In this document: in pieces, positions 1 through 9,761 of the stretch | How positions within the stretch are numbered: the stretch's first letter is position 1 | Layout: each line of letters starts with the position of its first letter | Origin: a virus | IMG/VR virus record: IMGVR_UViG_3300024257_000005 | Location: 32,001 to 96,000 of that record | DNA: 64,000 nucleotides | Strand: one strand, 5' to 3' | The notes under the pieces: model-generated | What the model was told of the DNA's origin: nothing | Seen by the model: only the letters and a program-made list of their open reading frames with translations | Databases searched by the model: none | Program-made: the position numbers and the translations under genes

Positions 1-2
1 AG

Positions 3-1397
3 CTTCTTCATAAAGGTGATACATATGGAGTATTTCAATTTTCAAGTCCTCTGGCCACAAAATATCTAGAATCAATGAAGCCAGACGATCTTAATGATCT
101 ATGTGCTGCTTCAGCCTTATTAAGACCAGGGCCATTAGATCAGAAAATGCACGAAGAATATAGCCTCATCAAAAGTGGTGAAAAAGACTATTCAATCAAC
201 GAGGCATTAAAAGATATTCTAGGTCCTACATTCGGTATCATTGTTTATCAAGAACAGATATTGAGAATATGTCAAGAGCTTGGTGGCTTTACAAAAACTG
301 AAGCTAATGTATTTCGTAAGGCTTTGGTGAAATATGAAAAATCTCCAGAACATGAAAAGAAAAGACGTGAAAGAGTTAAATCATTTTCAGTAAAATTGAT
401 TGAAGGGCTTGAAAAATATATGTCCTCAAATGAAGCTACCAAGCTTTGGGAAATCATTGAATCATTTGCTAGATATGGTTTCAACTATGCTCATTCACTT
501 TCATATTCAATTTTATCACATAGGCAATTATATCAGAAGTTCTTCTATCCTATGGAATACTATTGCTCATTTTTAAACAATGAAGAATTATCAGCGTATG
601 CAAGAATCATTAGAAAAATGACCAAATTTGAATTGCGTAAATTCGACTATGACGATATGTCAATAACAGAAACATTCAATGCTAACATTGCCAAGCCTAA
701 TTTTTCACTAATGAATTCTGATTTTATAATCGATGGAGATGAAATTGTTCATGGCATCACTAAAATAAAGTTTATTACTCAAAAGGCTTTTGATATTTTA
801 AAGGATAACTACGACATAATAGATCTTGAAAATATTGATCTACTATTGGGAAAGAAATATTTGAATCACCTTGGCAAGAATGCCTATTTAATTAATAAGA
901 GAATATTTGCAGCATTAGTATTTTCAGGAGCATTGGACTATCTTGATATGAGTAGAAATGATATAATCGATAGATATAATGACATTAGAAAAATGAAAGA
1001 TAAGGCTGCCGTTCCTCACATTGAAAATAAATCAGATAGGACCGCCAAGGAAAAAGACTATCTAGGATATTCGATGGATGGAAATAGAGAATTTAGAGCT
1101 TTTCGAGATGAATATTATGCTGCTCTTCCTGGGACTGCAAATCTTGATGAAATTTTTGATGAAGAGCATATGTCTCAAGCTAGTGACATATTCAGAATAT
1201 CCAAGGTTACTATGAAGAAAACAAAGAACGATAAGGACTACCGACTGGTCGAACTTGATACTATCGATAGAGCATTCTATCCAGTATTTGTCTGGAAGAA
1301 GGAAATTGATCTTAAAAAGGGATCGCTATACATTGGCGACCTAGCTAAAAGCAACGGATTTATAACACTAGAAAATGTGGAGTTAATTAATGAATAA
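3..1397 (+). CDS. dnaE: DNA polymerase III alpha subunit, C-terminal part (5' end outside window)
   Basis: Frame is open from position 3 (GDTYGVFQFSS). Motifs LRPGP, TFGIIVYQEQI and FARYGFNYAHS are typical of DnaE. Confidence 0.93.
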   Translation, partial: LLHKGDTYGVFQFSSPLATKYLESMKPDDLNDLCAASALLRPGPLDQKMHEEYSLIKSGEKDYSINEALKDILGPTFGIIVYQEQILRICQELGGFTKTEANVFRKALVKYEKSPEHEKKRRERVKSFSVKLIEGLEKYMSSNEATKLWEIIESFARYGFNYAHSLSYSILSHRQLYQKFFYPMEYYCSFLNNEELSAYARIIRKMTKFELRKFDYDDMSITETFNANIAKPNFSLMNSDFIIDGDEIVHGITKIKFITQKAFDILKDNYDIIDLENIDLLLGKKYLNHLGKNAYLINKRIFAALVFSGALDYLDMSRNDIIDRYNDIRKMKDKAAVPHIENKSDRTAKEKDYLGYSMDGNREFRAFRDEYYAALPGTANLDEIFDEEHMSQASDIFRISKVTMKKTKNDKDYRLVELDTIDRAFYPVFVWKKEIDLKKGSLYIGDLAKSNGFITLENVELINE

Positions 1398-2412
1398 CAA
1401 CAGTAATTTTTCAATCAAGGGCAAGACTATATACATAGAGGGATCTGATTATGCAGGTAAGACTACATTTATCAAAAACATATTAGACCATCCTGTTAGC
1501 ACGAATAATTTTATCTCTGATAGAAGTATTATTACATCTCTGATGTATGCAAAGATATTTAATAGAGATAAGGTTGACACATTTCAGCTTGAGGAGAGTT
1601 TTGTCCGATCATTGGAATCAAATGAAAATATGTACTTCCTATTGGATCCATCTGAAGAAGAGATTACTCGAAGAAGCAAACTAAGATCAGAAGATCTTGT
1701 AAGCATGGATCAGATTTTTGAACTAAAGAAAATGTATCGTGAGTTCTTTGAAAAATATAAACACTATGAATGTGTACATATACTTTCAAGTATAGATCCA
1801 GAAGGCGGCTTTTTGGTTCAAATGGCTTTCTTAAATAGAGCCTTCCCTACTAGATTCTCGGCTGACTACTACACTCTACTCTCAACACTTTATAGAAAAG
1901 AAGACCATGAGATTAATAATTATAGAATGCAATATTCTTTCAAAGACTTTCTCAATTTTGTAAACGAAACTCAAGTCACTTTGTTTGATATCGGAGAAAG
2001 CTGGATATATTTTCAAGGACTAGATAGAAGAATTGATAGAGATGCAATATCGGATAGAGAATATTATGAAAGAAAAATGGTTCTATCAAATCTAAAATTT
2101 AATACTCACATCATGATTGATAAGTATAAAGAGAAACTGAACTCAAGAAGGTTTCTATCTATTAATGATTCTTGCTTCTCATATACTCAAGTCAATATTA
2201 GAGAGGATAGAATAGTATTTACATTCAACTTTAGAAGCACTGAGGTTTGGAAAATGCTACCAGCTGATATGGATTTCATAGCCGAGCTTGTGGAAGATTA
2301 CATAACTTGGTTGGAGAAGGAATATGAATATGGAGATTTCAACTTTGATCCAAATGATAAAAAAATTATAATTGACTTAAACATGGCATCAGCCCATTTA
2401 AACATAGACTAA
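1390..2412 (+). CDS. Fusion of dNMP-kinase-like P-loop domain and thymidylate-synthase-fold domain
   Basis: N-terminal IEGSDYAGKTT and SDRS (TMK-like). C-terminal SRR..SC..Q..FRSTE..LPAD..SAHL (ThyA/dCMP hydroxymethylase-like). Confidence 0.7.
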   Translation: MNNNSNFSIKGKTIYIEGSDYAGKTTFIKNILDHPVSTNNFISDRSIITSLMYAKIFNRDKVDTFQLEESFVRSLESNENMYFLLDPSEEEITRRSKLRSEDLVSMDQIFELKKMYREFFEKYKHYECVHILSSIDPEGGFLVQMAFLNRAFPTRFSADYYTLLSTLYRKEDHEINNYRMQYSFKDFLNFVNETQVTLFDIGESWIYFQGLDRRIDRDAISDREYYERKMVLSNLKFNTHIMIDKYKEKLNSRRFLSINDSCFSYTQVNIREDRIVFTFNFRSTEVWKMLPADMDFIAELVEDYITWLEKEYEYGDFNFDPNDKKIIIDLNMASAHLNID

Positions 2413-2421
2413 GGAGAAAGC

Positions 2422-3432
2422 ATGAAAAAACAAGATGTAATTAACATGAGAGAAGCAATGGGAACATTACCATCTCAATCACCTGAAAAATCATACGATT
2501 ATTCAGACGACATATCTTCTATTTATGTGAAGATGACAGACTGGCCAAGAAATCCATACGAAGTATTAGTTAGAGCTGTTACTGCCACTTGGGGAGACGA
2601 TGCAACTGGATCAACTCAGAAGTGGGAAAAGCTTACACCTGAAAACCGGTATAGAGTTGCTTTATCTACATTGACAGGAAATACACTGCCTCAGGCACAA
2701 GAAGGATTACAATTCCAATTTGAAGTGAATGGATTGTCAAGAGCAGATTTTGATCAGCATGCTAGAGCTCGTATTGGTGCACATTTCATGAGCATTGGTA
2801 CTAGAGATAATAACAAATTGGATGCTAGGTTCTTGTTATATGATGACATTACTGAGCAAATGAAAGTTGATCCCGCCTACAAAGAGAAGGTTGAAAGCTG
2901 GATTAAATTGTCAAAAGATCTCTATGAAGAAACCATAAATCAATCGGAATCGTCATGGCAAACAGGTCGCTCATTCTTACCTCAATCAATTAATCATTCA
3001 TATGTGTTCGGAATGAATTATATTGCACTGAAAGGACAGATGGGAAGACGACTTATGGCTTGCGAACAAGAGGGAATTGTTGCACTCCATTGGAAAATCC
3101 GAAAAGAACTGGAAGATCACTTTCCACTATTAGCATCATTCTTAAGACCGGTATGTGATAAAGCACGTAAGTGTGTTTACATGGAAGGCCCAGAAGGAAT
3201 GACAAAATACTTTTCAAACCTATTTGACGGTTGTGGAAGATGGGAAATCAAGAACAAAGAAAATGCCGAATATAAAGAGTTCAACAGAAGTTGCTCTGAT
3301 TATAATCGTCTCCGAGAATTAGATATCCCAGTTTTAGATCCCCATGAATTTGTAAACTATGGACCAGATGATTTTGACAAATTAGATGAGAAGGATAAGC
3401 AGTGGTTTTATGACGAAGAAGATAGAGGGTAG
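2422..3432 (+). CDS. thyX: Flavin-dependent thymidylate synthase
   Basis: FEVNGLSRADFDQHARARIG..SIGTR is a variant of the RHRx7S motif; also RSFLPQ and RRL..EQ. Confidence 0.8.
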   Translation: MKKQDVINMREAMGTLPSQSPEKSYDYSDDISSIYVKMTDWPRNPYEVLVRAVTATWGDDATGSTQKWEKLTPENRYRVALSTLTGNTLPQAQEGLQFQFEVNGLSRADFDQHARARIGAHFMSIGTRDNNKLDARFLLYDDITEQMKVDPAYKEKVESWIKLSKDLYEETINQSESSWQTGRSFLPQSINHSYVFGMNYIALKGQMGRRLMACEQEGIVALHWKIRKELEDHFPLLASFLRPVCDKARKCVYMEGPEGMTKYFSNLFDGCGRWEIKNKENAEYKEFNRSCSDYNRLRELDIPVLDPHEFVNYGPDDFDKLDEKDKQWFYDEEDRG

Positions 3433-3901
3433 AATATCATTAGCTGAGATGTATATCGATATAGCTCAGACAATATCCAAAAGAAGCACCTGTAAGCGAA
3501 AGCAAGTAGGTGCTGTGGTGGTTAAAGATTCATCAATTAGTGCATACGGATATAATGGAACACCTCATGGCTGGGATAATTGCTGTGAGGATTCTGAAAA
3601 TGAAACAAAGTCAGAAGTTATTCATGCTGAAATAAATGCAATAACAAAGATGGCTAAATCAAATGCGAGTATAGATGGATCGACTGTTTATATAACGTTG
3701 TCACCATGTTTTGATTGTGCTAAGGCAATAATACAATCAGGAATTACTACAGTTATCTATTTAGAAGAATATAGAGATGTAGACCCTCTACAGTTTCTAG
3801 CTGAAGCTGGAGTTGAAGTTCGACAAGTGGACGCAAAAGGCCGGATTATCAAAGTCTGGACAAAAGGCAAAGAACCTATCAAAATTAGTCAAGGAAAATA
3901 A
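3386..3901 (+). CDS. dCMP deaminase (start possibly 3410)
   Basis: RSTCKRKQVGAV, GYNGTP, HAEINA and SPCFDC zinc-deaminase motifs. Confidence 0.93.
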   Translation: MRRISSGFMTKKIEGRISLAEMYIDIAQTISKRSTCKRKQVGAVVVKDSSISAYGYNGTPHGWDNCCEDSENETKSEVIHAEINAITKMAKSNASIDGSTVYITLSPCFDCAKAIIQSGITTVIYLEEYRDVDPLQFLAEAGVEVRQVDAKGRIIKVWTKGKEPIKISQGK

Positions 3902-5556
3902 TGAAATATAAGAATCAAATTCTCGATGCATTTAAAAAATTCGGCTTTGAGCCTAGAGGAAATCAGCTAGAACTAGTTAATGAAATTTTAACATCATTCA
4001 TTGATAACGAAAAAGAAAATGTAGTTCTATCTGCTCCAACAGGAACTGGTAAGTCAATTATTGCTGCGATTGCAGCCGAGGTTTTGTCTGAGCTTGATAA
4101 GTCATATGACGAAACTAAAAAGTCATTTATTCTAATGCATACTAACACGCTTACAAAACAGTATCTCAACACATTCAAGAAATATGATAATGATTTTATT
4201 TCAGTAATGGGTGCAGGAAACTATCCATGTTCACTATTGGATGAGACTGCTGCAAGCTGTATGTTCAAAGAGGCTGATGATGAAAAGCGAAAGCAACATT
4301 GTTTTGATTGTGAATACTTGGACAACCGGGGAAAGATGAATAAAATTCCCCACCTGATTACCAACTATTCTTACTTCTTTATCTCAGCACTATATTCTCA
4401 TTCACTAGATGATAGATTAATTACTGTGTTTGATGAAGCTCACATCATAAATGATATTTTCAGCAGTCATATGCAAATTCATGTGACAACACATATGGTT
4501 GAATCCATGATTAGAGATATTGAAAAATATCCTATTGACAATGCTCAAACTATTCTAGATTCGTTACGACAGGTGATAGATATGATCGAGGAAGGTATAA
4601 TCAACAAAGGCAACTACAAGAGCTTCCTCAAGGTCCTACAAAGCATTTATGGCAAAATTTTAGAGGAGTTTGAATACCAATCAGCCGATTGTTTTCAACG
4701 CGATGATTGGGCTAGATTCAAAGTTATGAAGGCAATTGCACGCAAATATCAGAACTTACACCAAAAAATCGATGATTTCTTCGGTTATAATTACGAACAT
4801 ATTTTGGATGTTCAAAATGTAAGCATAAGTGTTTCGCCAATATTCTTCTCTGACATGTTCAAACAAGTACAGAAATCAAAATACAATTTATTTATGTCAG
4901 CTACAGTCAATAAGGAATTCATTGTTAAGACTCTGAATTTGGCTCCTAAGGATACGACCTATATTAAATCACCACCCGTGTTTGATCCTGAGACAAAATC
5001 TGTAATTATGATCAATCATACAAACTACAACTATAGCTCATTACAGAATAAATCAATCCTGGCAGAAATGTCAGAGCTGGTATTTGATATTATCAAGGAT
5101 CATCCTGAAAAGGGTATCATACTGACTCCCTCATTTAAGATTACAAAAGCGATTGCAGACTACTTGAAATCAACAAATCAAAGCACCAGAATTATTGAGC
5201 ATGTTCAGGGAATTCATCTAAATAGATTCCTAGACAGGCACAAGTCCTCAAAGGCAAATAGCATTTTGATATCTCCTTCACTATTTGAGGGAATCGATCT
5301 ACCTAAGAAGGAATCTGAGTTCCAGATCTTTGTCAAAGCACCATTCCCATCTCTAGGAGACAAGAGGATCAAATACATCTTCGATCATCACTCATCAATA
5401 TATGAGCTCATGACAATATTCAAGATAGTCCAGGGATTTGGCAGGTCGACCAGAAGTGCTGATGATTTTTCTCTGACATATTCGTTGGATGCCAACATCG
5501 GTAGACTATTTAATCACAAGAAGAATATCTGGAAAGAAGAATTTAATATCATTTAA
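3901..5556 (+). CDS. DinG/YoaA-like SF2 helicase
   Basis: APTGTGKS, DEAH, MSAT, EGIDLP and QGFGRSTR motifs plus an Fe-S-type Cys cluster. Confidence 0.88.
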   Translation: MKYKNQILDAFKKFGFEPRGNQLELVNEILTSFIDNEKENVVLSAPTGTGKSIIAAIAAEVLSELDKSYDETKKSFILMHTNTLTKQYLNTFKKYDNDFISVMGAGNYPCSLLDETAASCMFKEADDEKRKQHCFDCEYLDNRGKMNKIPHLITNYSYFFISALYSHSLDDRLITVFDEAHIINDIFSSHMQIHVTTHMVESMIRDIEKYPIDNAQTILDSLRQVIDMIEEGIINKGNYKSFLKVLQSIYGKILEEFEYQSADCFQRDDWARFKVMKAIARKYQNLHQKIDDFFGYNYEHILDVQNVSISVSPIFFSDMFKQVQKSKYNLFMSATVNKEFIVKTLNLAPKDTTYIKSPPVFDPETKSVIMINHTNYNYSSLQNKSILAEMSELVFDIIKDHPEKGIILTPSFKITKAIADYLKSTNQSTRIIEHVQGIHLNRFLDRHKSSKANSILISPSLFEGIDLPKKESEFQIFVKAPFPSLGDKRIKYIFDHHSSIYELMTIFKIVQGFGRSTRSADDFSLTYSLDANIGRLFNHKKNIWKEEFNII

Positions 5557-5558
5557 CT

Positions 5559-5588
5559 GTTTCATCCAATACAATTTCATAGTATATT
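5559..5588 (+). promoter_or_regulatory. Sigma70-like phage early promoter GTTTCA-N17/18-TATATT (one of about 13 copies)
   Basis: Motif recurs at 6811, 23006, 32938, 33333, 38112, 39314, 42211, 48665, 51362, 52146, 52815 and 54749. It is mostly followed by a CAACAA-rich leader and an AAGGAG RBS. Confidence 0.8.
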
Positions 5589-5607
5589 GTAGCAACAAAG
5601 GAGACTT

Positions 5608-6018
5608 ATGACATATTCAAAATTTTATAGAACAGTTGCCATAGAAGTGCAAGGTGTTCTTGTAGACCTCAGAGGAAATGTAAATCCTTATACAGAGGAA
5701 GCATTAAATCTGCTGGTAGAGAATGACTTTCATGTCATTTTATGGACCGATAAGGGCGGCATTGATATTCGAGAGCATTTGAATATCAACAAACATAAAA
5801 ATATCAACATAGCCCATAAACCAGATACACCGGCAAAAGACGTATATCATGTCATCGATTATAGGTACGATTATGGATCTCAATATAAGCTGTGGTCCGT
5901 CATTCAGTTTCTATCAATTGAAAAATCAGATGGTTATAAAATTGTTGAATGTATAAAGGATTATATTACCATTGTAAAGGGAATAGAGGTTCGTCTTGGA
6001 AAAGCTAAAAAAAGCTAA
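5608..6018 (+). CDS. Hypothetical protein, degenerate HAD-like
   Basis: Strong RBS after early promoter; VAIEVQGVLVD..ILWT resembles HAD motifs. Confidence 0.5.
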   Translation: MTYSKFYRTVAIEVQGVLVDLRGNVNPYTEEALNLLVENDFHVILWTDKGGIDIREHLNINKHKNINIAHKPDTPAKDVYHVIDYRYDYGSQYKLWSVIQFLSIEKSDGYKIVECIKDYITIVKGIEVRLGKAKKS

Positions 6019-6427
6019 AGTAGGAATTGTTGGTTCTCGTGAGTGGCAATCATATCGCGACATCAAGGATTTTGTATTCTTCCTCAAAAAAGAATATGGA
6101 GATGGTCTAACAATTGTTTCAGGTGGACAGCCGCTTGGAGCAGATGGCATGGCAAAGAAAGCTGCACTGGAATTAGAAGTTAACTATGTGGAATTTCCAC
6201 CTCAGCATTTTGAGTATAATCAATATTGCCAGAACAACGGTGTCCCAAAATATATGTACAACAAACCTTATCATGTGAGATATTTCTTCATGAGGAATAG
6301 TCAAATTGCAGAATATTCTGATTTTGTGGTTGGTTTTATTCCCAAAGGTTTCCCATCAAAGGGCACTCGTGATACACTGAGAAAAGCTGAAAAGCTTGGC
6401 AAGAAAATAATCATTCAGGAGAAATAA
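5996..6427 (+). CDS. SLOG superfamily (DprA/YspA-like) protein
   Basis: IVGSR, IVSGG..GADGMA, RNSQIA and SKGTRDT motifs. Confidence 0.8.
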   Translation: MEKLKKAKVGIVGSREWQSYRDIKDFVFFLKKEYGDGLTIVSGGQPLGADGMAKKAALELEVNYVEFPPQHFEYNQYCQNNGVPKYMYNKPYHVRYFFMRNSQIAEYSDFVVGFIPKGFPSKGTRDTLRKAEKLGKKIIIQEK

Positions 6428-6807
6428 TGGCAAATATTGTAAATGAGTTTGAAAGAGAAATAGCTCGTTCTGAAGAAAATAAAACAGATATAGCTAAACG
6501 AATGCAAAGAATAGCAAATATTTCTAACCGAATTCAGATGGAACAGTTTAGACAGCAAGAGCTTGAGCTACAAGCAGAGCAACTAGCAACAAAATTCACT
6601 GGTAAGACTCCAGATCGACATAAAGAAGCCGTCAAAATTCCCACACGCATTATAGATCGATTTGCATGGTACCCAGTTACGATTGGAAATAAGATGAAAT
6701 TCCTAGTCAAATGTAAAATACTTCAGGAATTTGGTCGATGGGAATCAGATGGTGTTCTTGATCCACCACCACATTGGCGTAATAAAGAATTCATTGAAAC
6801 GAGTTAA
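6427..6807 (+). CDS. Hypothetical protein
   Basis: TAATG coupling to the upstream gene; AGGAG RBS. Confidence 0.6.
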   Translation: MANIVNEFEREIARSEENKTDIAKRMQRIANISNRIQMEQFRQQELELQAEQLATKFTGKTPDRHKEAVKIPTRIIDRFAWYPVTIGNKMKFLVKCKILQEFGRWESDGVLDPPPHWRNKEFIETS

Positions 6808-6864
6808 ACGGTTTCATCTAACGCCATTTTGGGTTATATTGCAGTAACAACCAAAGGAGTACAC

Positions 6865-8799
6865 ATGAATTCAGTTTTCGAAAAATTAATCAAGGCATCA
6901 GAAGCTTATTACAATGGTCATCCTATCATGGATGATTCTGAGTTTGATGCTCTTGTAGACATGGTAACAGCCAGTCATCCAAACCATCCCATTCTAAAAA
7001 CAATTGGTGCACCAACCAGGGACGATTCACCTTGGACAAAAAGGTCGCATCAAATTGCCATGGGATCGCTTTCAAAGATCGTTGATGACAACGATTTGGC
7101 AAAATTCATGGACAAACATTATACTGAAAATTTCCGGAAGGAATATGTCTTATCAGAAAAACTTGATGGAATCTCAATTAACTGTGAATATTCAAACGGA
7201 GTTCTTATCCGGGCGATCACTAGAGGTAGTGGAGTTGAGGGTGAAGATATTAAGAGAAACGTTTTGAACATGAATGGTTGCAACCGGGGAATAAGCATCG
7301 ATCGAGATACTTCAGTAAGAGGTGAGATTATTATGCTTGAGGGTGACTTTAAAATTCTCAATCAGATTCTTGTAGCTCTAGGTGAAGAGCCATACAAAAA
7401 TATGAGAAACTGTGTATCTGGAATTGCTAGAAGATTTGATGGAAAATACTCTGAATATCTCACAATCAGATATTACGATACCACAATTGGAGATTTAGAT
7501 AAGGCTGAGAAATTCTGGTGGTTAAAGAATCACGGATTTGATACAGCTGAATTCTATATTGTCAAAACAATGAACGAAATCCAAGCAATTTACCAATCAT
7601 ATGTTGAATCAAAAAGAGAAGGAATTGATTATGAAATTGATGGATTGGTTCTGGAAATATCAGACCGCGATATTAGAAATCGTATGGGATATAAGGATCA
7701 AAAACCTAAGTTTGCCGTGGCTTACAAATTCCCCAGCTTGGCAGCAACAACTACTCTTTTAGATATTGAGTGGAATGTCGGAACTGGTGGTCATATCACT
7801 CCAGTGGCAATTCTCGAACCTGTTCAAATTGGTGGTATTACAATTCGCAGGTCAACATTGCATAATCAGGCAAATGTCAAGGCATTAAATCTTGGATTAA
7901 ATGACACAGTATTGGTTAGCCGAAGGAATGATGTTATTCCTTATGTTGAGAAAGTAATCTACTCGGATAACAATCTTCATTTTAACATTCCTGAATGCTG
8001 CCCTGAATGTAGCGAACCTGCTATTATTGATGGTGCATATCTTGTTTGTGAAAATCCATTATGCAAGGGAAACTTATTAGGATCCTTGATGAAATGGATC
8101 AAAAAGTCTGGAATGGATTCTCTAGGTATGGGTGAGAAGGTTATTGAAAGGGCTTTTGATGCAGAACTAATCACATTCCCAGCCGAACTATACACAATGA
8201 GCACCAATAAGTTCTTACAACTTGAAGGAGTTCAGAACAAATCGGCAACTAAGATGATGAGCATTATTCAATCTCATAGATCATTATCTCTGGCTGATTT
8301 TATTGGTGGATTGAACCTTGGATCATTTGGATCCTCACTGGCTCAAAGATTAGTAGATGCTGGATATGATACTCTTGAAAAAATTCAAGCTCTTACAATT
8401 CCCCAAATGGTTCATGTTGAAGGAATGGGATATAAGAGATCAGGAAATTTCATTGAGAGATTATTTGCAAAAACAAACCAGATCAATAGGCTTCTTGAGC
8501 ATGTCACCATTGAAGAAGAAAAACCTGCTTTAGAAGCAACCGGTGATATATTTAATAACAATAGCTTTTGCTTCACAGGTGCAATCCAAAAGGAAACACC
8601 TGAAGGAAAGAGATTTAATAGGAAGATGATGGAAGCATTGGTTTTTGAAAATGGTGGAAGCACATCATCAGTAAAGAAGGGCCTCACCTATTTGGTACAG
8701 GCTGATCCAGATTCACAATCATCAAAAACAAAGAAGGCAATCTCCTTAGGTGTAGAAATATTAGCCGAATCAGATTTCTTCAAAATGCTGGGAGAATAA
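6865..8799 (+). CDS. ligA: NAD-dependent DNA ligase
   Basis: EKLDG adenylation motif, TRGSG, EIDGLV, zinc finger, HhH repeats and BRCT. Start moved to ATG 6865 after AAGGAG. Confidence 0.96.
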   Translation: MNSVFEKLIKASEAYYNGHPIMDDSEFDALVDMVTASHPNHPILKTIGAPTRDDSPWTKRSHQIAMGSLSKIVDDNDLAKFMDKHYTENFRKEYVLSEKLDGISINCEYSNGVLIRAITRGSGVEGEDIKRNVLNMNGCNRGISIDRDTSVRGEIIMLEGDFKILNQILVALGEEPYKNMRNCVSGIARRFDGKYSEYLTIRYYDTTIGDLDKAEKFWWLKNHGFDTAEFYIVKTMNEIQAIYQSYVESKREGIDYEIDGLVLEISDRDIRNRMGYKDQKPKFAVAYKFPSLAATTTLLDIEWNVGTGGHITPVAILEPVQIGGITIRRSTLHNQANVKALNLGLNDTVLVSRRNDVIPYVEKVIYSDNNLHFNIPECCPECSEPAIIDGAYLVCENPLCKGNLLGSLMKWIKKSGMDSLGMGEKVIERAFDAELITFPAELYTMSTNKFLQLEGVQNKSATKMMSIIQSHRSLSLADFIGGLNLGSFGSSLAQRLVDAGYDTLEKIQALTIPQMVHVEGMGYKRSGNFIERLFAKTNQINRLLEHVTIEEEKPALEATGDIFNNNSFCFTGAIQKETPEGKRFNRKMMEALVFENGGSTSSVKKGLTYLVQADPDSQSSKTKKAISLGVEILAESDFFKMLGE

Positions 8800-8802
8800 A
8801 TA

Positions 8803-9021
8803 ATGAATGTATTTTATGGCATTTGTAGCATAATAATTATATTGTTACTTGCCGCAATGACTGGATTAGCAGCCATGGGAGCAATTGCAGGAACTGTATT
8901 ATTTTATGGTAGCATATTGGCTTTGGCACTAGGATTTTATATTTGGACATCCATTGTAGAATCATCTCGTTTATTATGGTCAATGCTAAGTGATAAGTTT
9001 CTTACAATCTGGCCAAGATAA
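8803..9021 (+). CDS. Small membrane protein
   Basis: Two hydrophobic segments. Confidence 0.6.
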   Translation: MNVFYGICSIIIILLLAAMTGLAAMGAIAGTVLFYGSILALALGFYIWTSIVESSRLLWSMLSDKFLTIWPR

Positions 9022-9201
9022 TGTTTTTAAAATGGATTAGACAGTGGTGGTGCAAAGACCATAAGTGGGTGATTGTAGAAATTAACCAAGTTGACCATGC
9101 ACTGAATGTATCAAAGAAAAACAAATGTAGCAAATGTGGCAAAATCAGATTTAAGACATTGAACAAATTTTTTAAATGGCAATATAGAGTAAGGGATTAG
9201 A

Positions 9202-9498
9202 ATGGCTAGTATAAAACGACATGAAGTTTTGGCAGCAGTAAAAGCCAAATATCCAGATGAAGATCTTATGATCAAGGTTGTATCAAAGCATCTCAGGATA
9301 GATATTATCAATAAAGCCACTAATGAGATTTATTTTTCATGGTCGATGGCTTTAGAGGAACACGTAGAAGAGCAAAAATGGATTCATAAAAGATCTCCAA
9401 CTCAAGTCGTGATTGACTCATTTGAAAAGCAATATGATAAAACAATCTTGGATGACATAAATCTCTTATTGAGCGTACCAACAGTCACCGACATTTAA
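9202..9498 (+). CDS. Hypothetical protein
   Basis: ORF track; operon context. Confidence 0.55.
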   Translation: MASIKRHEVLAAVKAKYPDEDLMIKVVSKHLRIDIINKATNEIYFSWSMALEEHVEEQKWIHKRSPTQVVIDSFEKQYDKTILDDINLLLSVPTVTDI

Positions 9499-9532
9499 TT
9501 TCAAATAAATACCGTATTTCTTCTTGCCCATA

Positions 9533-9542
9533 TATATTTATA
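9533..9542 (+). promoter_or_regulatory. Putative late promoter motif TATATTTAT(A) (one of about 9-10 copies)
   Basis: Recurs in intergenic gaps at 12106, 20014, 32696, 37190, 42685, 57433, 58632 and 62356, with a variant at 22626. Confidence 0.6.
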
Positions 9543-9551
9543 CATATATAT

Positions 9552-9752
9552 ATGGGCGTGTTTGATATGGAGAGAAAAATGAATAAAGAAAAGAATGAAA
9601 CGCTGACCACGGTGTCAATAGATCAACAATTATATCGATCAGCCAAAATCAGATTTATAGAAACAGGAATGAGCTTTAAACAGTTTGTATTTCTACACTT
9701 GCATGAGTTCGTATCATCGAGTGCAGATTCAAATATTAGTGGAAGCATCTAA
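9552..9752 (+). CDS. Small ribbon-helix-helix-like DNA-binding protein
   Basis: LTTVSIDQQLYRSAKIRFIETGMSFKQFV fits the RHH pattern. Confidence 0.5.
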   Translation: MGVFDMERKMNKEKNETLTTVSIDQQLYRSAKIRFIETGMSFKQFVFLHLHEFVSSSADSNISGSI

Positions 9753-9761
9753 GGAGACACA

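Noticed and set aside
3-1397. Intein or intron in dnaE
   Set aside because: The visible part is continuous with no splicing motifs.
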